A stretch of DNA of 64,000 bases from assembly GCF_009914755.1 (NCBI RefSeq), contig NC_060934.1. One strand, given 5' to 3'. The stretch comes from the human T2T-CHM13v2.0 reference genome, Homo sapiens. The first letter of the stretch is position 1. The number at the start of each line of letters is the position of its first letter. Shown here in pieces: positions 51,813 to 64,000 of the stretch. The notes under the pieces were generated by a model. That model saw only the letters and a list, made by a program, of their open reading frames with translations. It had not been told where the DNA came from and ran no database searches. The position numbers and the translations under genes were made by a program.

Positions 51813-54800
51813 CTTTTGGCCCAGCTCCTACCTCCCGGCAGCATCTCCAGGCCCAGAACTTTCTCCAGTCAGCCTCTACAGACCAAGCTCATGACTCACA
51901 ATGGCCTATTTAGGCCCATACCCTACCTCACGGCAGTCTCCGCAGATGAGCCTACTGCCTCACAACAGCCTCCACAGGCACAGCTCCGTCGTTACAATGG
52001 CCTCTTTAGACCCAGCTCCTGCCTCCCAGCCTTCTCTCCAGGCCCTGAACTTTCTCAAGTCGACCTCACCAGGCCCAGCTCATGCTTCTTTGCAGCCTCT
52101 CCAGGCCCAGCTCCTGCATCTTGGTGACCCCTCCAGGCACAGCCTCTGCCTCCCGTCGGCCTCTACAGTCCCAACATCTGCCTCACAGCAGATTCTTCAG
52201 GCCCAGCATCTGCCTCACTGTGGACCCCCCAAGCCAAGCTCCCAACCTTTCAGCAGCTTCTACACACCCAGCTCCTGCCACCCAGTGGCCTCTTTAGGCC
52301 AAGCTCATGCTTCACAAGGGTCTTTCCAGGCCCAATTTTTGTCTCATGGCAACCTTCCCTGGCCAGATTCCTGCCTGTCTCCCAGCAGCCTAGACAGGCC
52401 CAGGTCTTGCCTCACACTGGCCTCTCTACATCCAGCTCATGCCTCACGGTGGCCTCTCCAGGCTCAACTCCTGTCCCAGGACGTCATCTCCGGGCCCAAA
52501 ACTTAAAGTCAGACTCTCTAGTCCCAACTGCTGCCTCCTGGTGGATTATGAAGGCCCAAAATCTCCTCAAGTTGACCTCTACAGGCCCAGCTCCTGCCTC
52601 CTGTCAGCGTCTACAGGCCCAACCTCTGCCTTATGGGGGCTTCTCCAGGCCCACCTCTTCCTCTTGGCTGGGTCTACAGGCACAACTGCTGCCTCACAAC
52701 AGCCTTTTTTGGCCCAGTTCCTGCCCAGCTCCCAGCGGCCCTGGTAGACCCACAACTTCCCGAAGCCAAGCTCCCCAGGCCCAGGTCAGGCCTCACGGTG
52801 GCCTCTCCAAGCTCAGCTCCTGCCCTCCAATGGCATCTGCAGGCCCCAAATGGTCTCCAGTCGGTGGGCTCCTCCACGCCAAGCTTGGGCCTCTTGGCGA
52901 CCTCTGCAGGCCCAAGTTGTCCTGAAGTCGGCCTCTCCCGGCCCTGCCTCCCAGCAAGTAAGCAAGCTCTTTTGGCTCAACTACTGCCGAGCTCCCAACC
53001 GCCTTTCTAGGCCCCGAACTTTCTCCAGCCAAGCTCTTCGGGCCTACTTCCTGCCTCCCGGTGGCCTGTACAGGCCCAGCACTGGTTGGAGAACAGCCTC
53101 TGCAGGCCCCACTCTTGCCTCCCAGGGGCCTCTCCAGGCCCAGCTCTTGCCCCCACGGCGGCCTCCCGGGGCCAAGTCCCTGCCTGCCTCCCAGCAGCCC
53201 GCATGCGGCCCAGCTCCTTCTCACAGTGGCCTGTTGATGCCCAACTCATGCCTCTGGCACCCTGCCCAGAGACATGAGCCCCTGCCTCTCACTGGCTCCT
53301 CCCACGCTGAGACAGGTCAGCGTGAGCCCTTGCCTCACACCGGCCCCTCCCACGCTGAGAGGTCAGCATGAGCCCCTTGCCTCACACCGGCCCCTCCCAC
53401 ACTGAGAGAGGTCAGCGTGAGCCCTTGCCTCACACCGGCCCTCTCCCACGCTGAGAGAGGTCAGCGTGAGCCCTTGCCTCACACCGGCCCCTCCCACGCT
53501 GAGAGAGGTCAGCGTGAGCCCTTGCCTTACACCGGCCCCTCCCACGCTGACAGAGGTCAGCCTGAGCCCCTTGCCTCACACCGGCCCCTCCCACGCTGAC
53601 AGAGGTCAGCCTGAGCCCCTTGCGTCACACCGGCCCCTCCCTCGCTGACAGAGGTCAGCGTGAGCCCCTAGCCTCACACCGGCCCCTCCCAGGCTGACAG
53701 AGGTCAGCGTGAGCCCCTTGCCTCACACCGGCCCCTCCCACGCTGACAGAAGTCAGCCTGAGCCCCTTGCCTCACACCGGCCCCTCCCTCGCTGACAGAA
53801 GTCAGCGTGAGCCCCTTGCCTCACACCGGCCCCTCCCACGCTGACAGAGGTCAGCGGGAGCCCCTTGCCTCACACCGGCCCCTCCCACGCTGACAGAGGT
53901 CAGCCTGAGCCCCTTGCCTCACACCGGCCCCTCCCACGCTGACAGAGGTCAGCCTGAGCCCCTTGCGTCACACCGGCCCCTCCCACGCTGACAGAGGTCA
54001 GCCTGAGCCCCTTGCCTCACACCGGCCCCTCCCACGCTGACAGAGGTCAGCAGGAGCCCCTAGCCTCACACCGGCCCCTCCCACGCTGACAGAGGTCAGC
54101 AGGAGCCCCTTGCCTCACACCGGCTCCTCCCACGCTGACAGAGGTCAGCCTGAGCCCCTTGCCTCACACCGGCCCCTCCCACGCTGACAGAGGTCAGCGG
54201 GAGCCCCTTGCCTCACACCGGCCCCTCCCAGGCTGACAGAGGTCCGCGGGAGCCCCTAGCCTCACACCGGCCCCTCCGACACTGACAGAGGTCCGCGGGA
54301 GCCCCTTGCCTCACACCGGCCCCTCCCATGCTGACAGAGGTCAGCGTGAGCCCCTTGCCTCACACCGGCCCCTCCCACGCTGACAGAGGTCAGCCTGAGC
54401 CCCTTGCCTCACACCGGCCCCTCCCACGCTGACAGGTCAGCCTCAGCTCCTAGCCTCACACCGGCCCCTCCCAGGCTGACAGAGGTCCGCGGGAGCCCCT
54501 AGCCTCACACCGGCCCCTCCCACGCTGAGAGAGGTCAACGTGAGCCCCTTGCCTCACACCGGCCCCTCCCACGCTGACAGAGGTCAGCGGGAGCCCCTAG
54601 CCTCACGCCAGCCCCTCCCACGCTGACAGAGGTCAGCGGGAGCCCCTTGCCTCACACCGGCCCCTTCCACGCTGAGAGACGTCAGCGTGAGCCCTTGCCT
54701 CACATCGGCCCCTTCCACGCTGAGAGAGGTCAGCGTGAGCCCCTGCCTCAACAGGCCACCGTGAGGGAGGAGCAGGCTTGCACGCGGGCTGCTGGGAGGC

Positions 54801-55955
54801 AGGCAGGGACTTGGGCCTGGGAGGTCACAGTGGGGCGAGAGCTGGGCCTGGAGACACCCCTGGGAGGCAACAGCGGGGCCTGCAGATGCTCTTCTCCAGC
54901 CGGAGCTGGGACTGTTCAGGCTACTGGTGGCGGGATGTGGGCCTGAGAGCTTGGTTGCAGAAACTTCGGGGTCTACAAAGGCCGGCGGGAGCTGAGCCAA
55001 AAGAGCTTGTTTGCTGGGAGGCAGGAGCTGGGCCGGGAGATGCAGCCAGGAGGAACAGCTGGGCCTGAAGAGGCCCCCATGTGGGAGGCAGAGGCCGGGC
55101 CTCCTCAAGTCGGCCTCTCCAGACCCACTTGCAGCCTCCCAGCGTCCTCTCCGGGCCCAGCTCTTCCTCCCGGCTGCGTCTCCAGGCCCGACTCTGGCCT
55201 CCCAACAACGTCTTTGGACTCAGCTCCTGCCCAGCTCCCAGCGGCCCTGGTAGACCCACAACTTCCTGAAGCCAAGCTCCCCAGGCCCAGCTCAGGCCTC
55301 ACGGTGGCCTCTCCAGGCTCAGCTCCTGCCCTCCGATGGCATCTGCAGGCCCCAAATGGCCTCCGGTCGGTGGGCTCCTCTAGGCCCAGCTTGGGCCTCC
55401 CGGCGGCCTCTGCAGGCCCAAAACGTCCCGAAGTTGGCCTCTCCAGGCCCAGCTCCGGCCTCCTGGCGGCCTTTGCAGGCCCAAGTCGTCCTCAAGTCGG
55501 CCTGGAATTAGGCCTGGAAGAGCAGCAAGTCAGCCTCTCCGGGCCCAGCTCCATCCTCTCGGCGGCCTCTCCAGGTGCAAAACTTCCTCGAGTCAGCCTC
55601 TCCAGGCCCAGCTCCTCCTGCCTCCCAGTGGCCTCTTTCAGCCCAGCCCAGCCCAGCTCATGGCTCTCGGCAGCCTTCCCAGGCCCCGCTTTTGACTTTT
55701 GGCGGCCTCTTCAGGCCCAGAACTTGCCCTCCAGTGGACCTTTGCAGGCCCGGCCTCGGCCTCGGCCTCACAGCGGACTCTCCACGCCCAGCTAGCTCTC
55801 ACCTCACTGCGGCCTCCCCAGTCCAAAGCTCCTGCCTTTCGGCCGCTTCGGCAGGTCCAGCTCCTGCCTGCCAGTGGCCTCTTTAGGCCCAGCTCATTCC
55901 TCACAATGGTCTTCCCAGGCCCCGTTTTTCCCTTCTGGCAGCCTCTTGGCCTCTA
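51813..55955 (+). repeat. Degenerate ~32-bp GC-rich tandem repeat domain; probable terminal lncRNA exon from 51825
   Basis: Recurring caggcccagctcctgcctcccagcggcctctc motif; acceptor ttttggcccAG at 51823-51824. Confidence 0.85.
53276..54750 (+). repeat. 49-bp VNTR, ~30 units
   Basis: Unit gagccccttgcctcacaccggcccctcccacgctgacagaggtcagcgt with variants. Confidence 0.97.
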
Positions 55956-56070
55956 ATTTGTTTATCTTTTGTGTATAAATCCCAAAATATGGAATTTTGG
56001 AATATTTCCACCATTATATGAATATTTTGGTAGGTAATTTATTTGGAGTTAGTTTCTGCACCATGCCCGA

Positions 56071-59925
<3,855 letters not shown>

Positions 59926-60184
59926 TTTTATTTTTTTTTTGTTTTGTTTTTTGTTTTTGAAATGTAGTTTGACTCTTTTCACCCAGGCTGGAGTGCAGTG
60001 GCACGATCTCAGTGGCCTTCATACCTGGCTAGTTTTTTGTATTTTTACTGGAGGTGGGGTTTTGCCATGTTGGCCAGGCTGGTCTTGACCTCCCATCCTC
60101 AGGTGATCCACCCACCTCGGCCTCCCAAAATGGGATTACAGGCATGAGCCACCGCTCCCAACTTCATTCATTTTTACTTGAAAA

Positions 60185-61029
<845 letters not shown>

Positions 61030-61030
<1 letters not shown>

Positions 61031-61520
61031 GTTATATCACCCAGTCTGGTCTTGAACTCCTGGGCTCAAGCGATCCTCCCACCTTGGCCTCCCAAAGTGC
61101 TGAGTTTACAAGCATGAGCCACTGCATCCAGTCAGTCCCAGCACTTTGGGAAGCTGAGGTGGGAGGATCACTTGAGCTCAGGAGTTTGAGACCAGCCTGG
61201 GCAACATACTGAGAACTTGTCTCTATATTTAAAAAAAAAAAAGTCTTTGGGAGGCCAAAGCGGGAGGATCACCTGAGGTCAGGAGTTCGAGACCAGCCTG
61301 GCCAACATGGCAAAACCCCATCTCTACTAAAAATACAAAAATTAGCCAGGTGTGGTGGCACACGCCTGTAGTGGTGGTGCATGCCTGTAGTCTCAGCTAC
61401 TCAAGAGGCTGAGGCAGGAGAATCACTTGAACTGGGAGATGGAGGTTGCAGTGAGCTGAGATTGCACCAGTGCACTCCAGCCTGGGCAACAGAGTGAGAC
61501 TCCATCTTATAAAAGGAAAA
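61030..61520. mobile_element. Fused truncated Alus (minus then plus)
   Basis: Orientation switch at ~61132 (gcatccagtc|agtcccagcactttgg). Confidence 0.85.
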
Positions 61521-61690
61521 AAGAAAAGAAAAATTCCATATCTGAATGTTTACTCCTGAGTTTTTGAGATTGCTATTAAGATCGTGCTCTACTGTGATGA
61601 TTTGGGTTTGTTTGATAATCAGAAAAAAGCATATTCTTTTGGGTGTTCAGCCACACTGCTTTGGTGTCACAACTGCACATTGGTTTCAAG

Positions 61691-61873
61691 CTGGAGGACA
61701 AGTTCGAGCATCTTAAAATGATTCAACAGGAGGAGATAAGGAAGCTCGAGGAAGAGAAAAAACAACTGGAAGGAGAAATCATAGATTTTTATAAAATGAA
61801 AGCTGCCTCTGAAGCACTGCAGACTCAGCTGAGCACTGATACAAAGAAAGACAAACATCGTAAGAAGCAATAG
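61691..61873 (+). pseudogene. SEPTIN14P: SEPTIN14 pseudogene: isolated terminal coding exon (3'UTR-like sequence follows)
   Basis: tttcaAG|[60 protein letters not shown], matching recalled SEPT14 C-terminus; no upstream SEPT14 exons seen. Confidence 0.92.
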
Positions 61874-61985
61874 TTTCTCTTACTATTCTGAGAGCCTTAT
61901 CATTCTACATCCCATCTTCCTGTGAGATTGTCTTTGTAGCATTTAACTCTAATTGCAGTTCTCATTTTAAAAATTGGCTTGCTTA

Positions 61986-62319
<334 letters not shown>

Positions 62320-62865
62320 GGGTGAACTTGAAGGCAGGTCCTGTGTCCATCTTTTCAGATTCTGTATCCCAGCACTTAGGACATAGACAAACACGAAGAT
62401 GACAATCAATATTTGCCAAAATGAAAAAACAAAAGAAATATGTAACATCATGTAAAAGAAGATGGTTAGGTGGAGAAATTTCTTTACCATAGTCTTGCTT
62501 GTGGATCCAGTAGTGACTTTTACATTTTATATCTAAATAGAAGCTGGAGGCTTTGTTGGGACTCATAGGCATAAAATATTATGTTATTTATTATAGAGTT
62601 AAATGCTACAAAGACAAATCTAATTAATAGGCCTATTTTCCTTTTTAAATTCTACTCATAATTTCTTCATAGTTTTTATGATAAAAGGTTGGATTTTGAT
62701 TAGAACTCCCATGCTTTTGTGTCAGAATTAAAACTGGTATTAGAATAAATAATTCAAAAGCTAGAGAAAGAGTACAATGAGAAGCCATGAGTTGCGTTTG
62801 AATTATAATATTATGTCTTACAGATTTGGGGTATATGCTAAAGTTACCAAAGTTGTAGAAAATAA

Positions 62866-63176
<311 letters not shown>

Positions 63177-64000
63177 CACAATGACTTTTACACAAGTTGT
63201 TAAGTCATCTTACAGATTTTATAATTTGGGGGAAGAAAAGTTTTACTAAATGGTCTTTTAATGGAAACTCTACAAGAACCAGAATCTTTGCTTTGTTCAC
63301 TTATGTATCTATTCCTAGGCCTAGAAAAATGTCTGACACATAGCGGCAATTATTCATTGAATAAATGGACCCAGCGATAGTACATTACCTATGCTATATG
63401 CATACATTAAAGATGTAGATTATCGACTTTCAAAAGATAATTAATGTAACTTCTTACTGCTTCTGAACATGTTTGTGAGTTATATTGCTGAGGGACCTTT
63501 ATCTTCTCATTCTTTCATCTTAACCCAGTGTTATAAAATTGAAATCACCAATATTATTCCATATCTAAAATTAATATCTACCTTGTAAAAAATATCACTC
63601 TGCTGCATTTGAGAATAGACTTTTTAGGTAATAATGATGCAATCCATAGGGTTTTTTGGGGGCACAGAGGTATTCATGCTAACAGAACATTTTATTTTCT
63701 ATTTTCCCAGAGCTGTAAAACATGAAATTAGGGTAGTATAAGGCATATTTTTACTCTTTTTATAATTTTTTCTAAAAAAAAATTAGTGTTTGTTCCCTAT
63801 ATAACTTTTAACTTTATAGGTAAATATTTGTCTCTTTCAGCTCCAGTTTTATGTGAAATAGAGTTTTCAGATTTATGTAGCATGGAAAGTTTTAATACGT
63901 CAGAGTTACTGATTTTTGCCTATCATTTTCTCAATTATTTCTTTTTTATCTTTAGTTGATTTTTTTGTAGTGACACATCTTGTTTCTAGTCTCATTTCCT

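Noticed and set aside
53276-54750. SVA VNTR
   Set aside because: No CCCTCT hexamer, Alu-like or SINE-R domain; unit relates to the surrounding 32-mer instead.
51901-55795. Pro/Ser/Ala-rich ORFs of 170-262 aa
   Set aside because: Open in several frames and both strands of a GC-rich repeat; no domain or frame bias. Ribosome profiling would be needed.

Overview
Human/great-ape genomic DNA: an Alu-dense segmental-duplication mosaic with no intact protein-coding gene that I can support. Left to right: (1) an unprocessed SEPTIN7 fragment on the minus strand (one 107-bp exon, P-loop mutated); (2) a CpG-island promoter (~6.4-7.3 kb) with a 10 x 25-bp GC-rich tandem repeat; (3) four GTF2I-derived exons on the plus strand, in non-native order, with a 4.65-kb Alu-headed retro-insertion (poly(A), AATAAA, 12-bp TSD) in one intron; (4) ~25 kb of permuted internal duplications whose two copies show filled and empty sites for a U6 retrocopy, a MER11 LTR and Alus; (5) a ~4.2-kb GC-rich degenerate ~32-bp repeat domain holding a ~30 x 49-bp VNTR enclosed by ~290-bp inverted arms; (6) a processed CIC (short isoform) pseudogene on the minus strand whose 3' part is scrambled into sense and antisense pieces; (7) the terminal exon of a SEPTIN14 duplicate. 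AG/GT-bounded exons suggest one chimeric plus-strand lncRNA linking these modules, with a divergent SEPTIN7P transcript from the same promoter. From memory this architecture matches the SEPTIN7P/GTF2IP/CICP/SEPTIN14P duplicon family found at several human loci; I cannot tell which paralogue this is without alignment. Parent-gene and repeat-family calls rest on recalled sequences, and repeat boundaries are approximate. Most ORFs in the supplied track are Alu- or repeat-derived.
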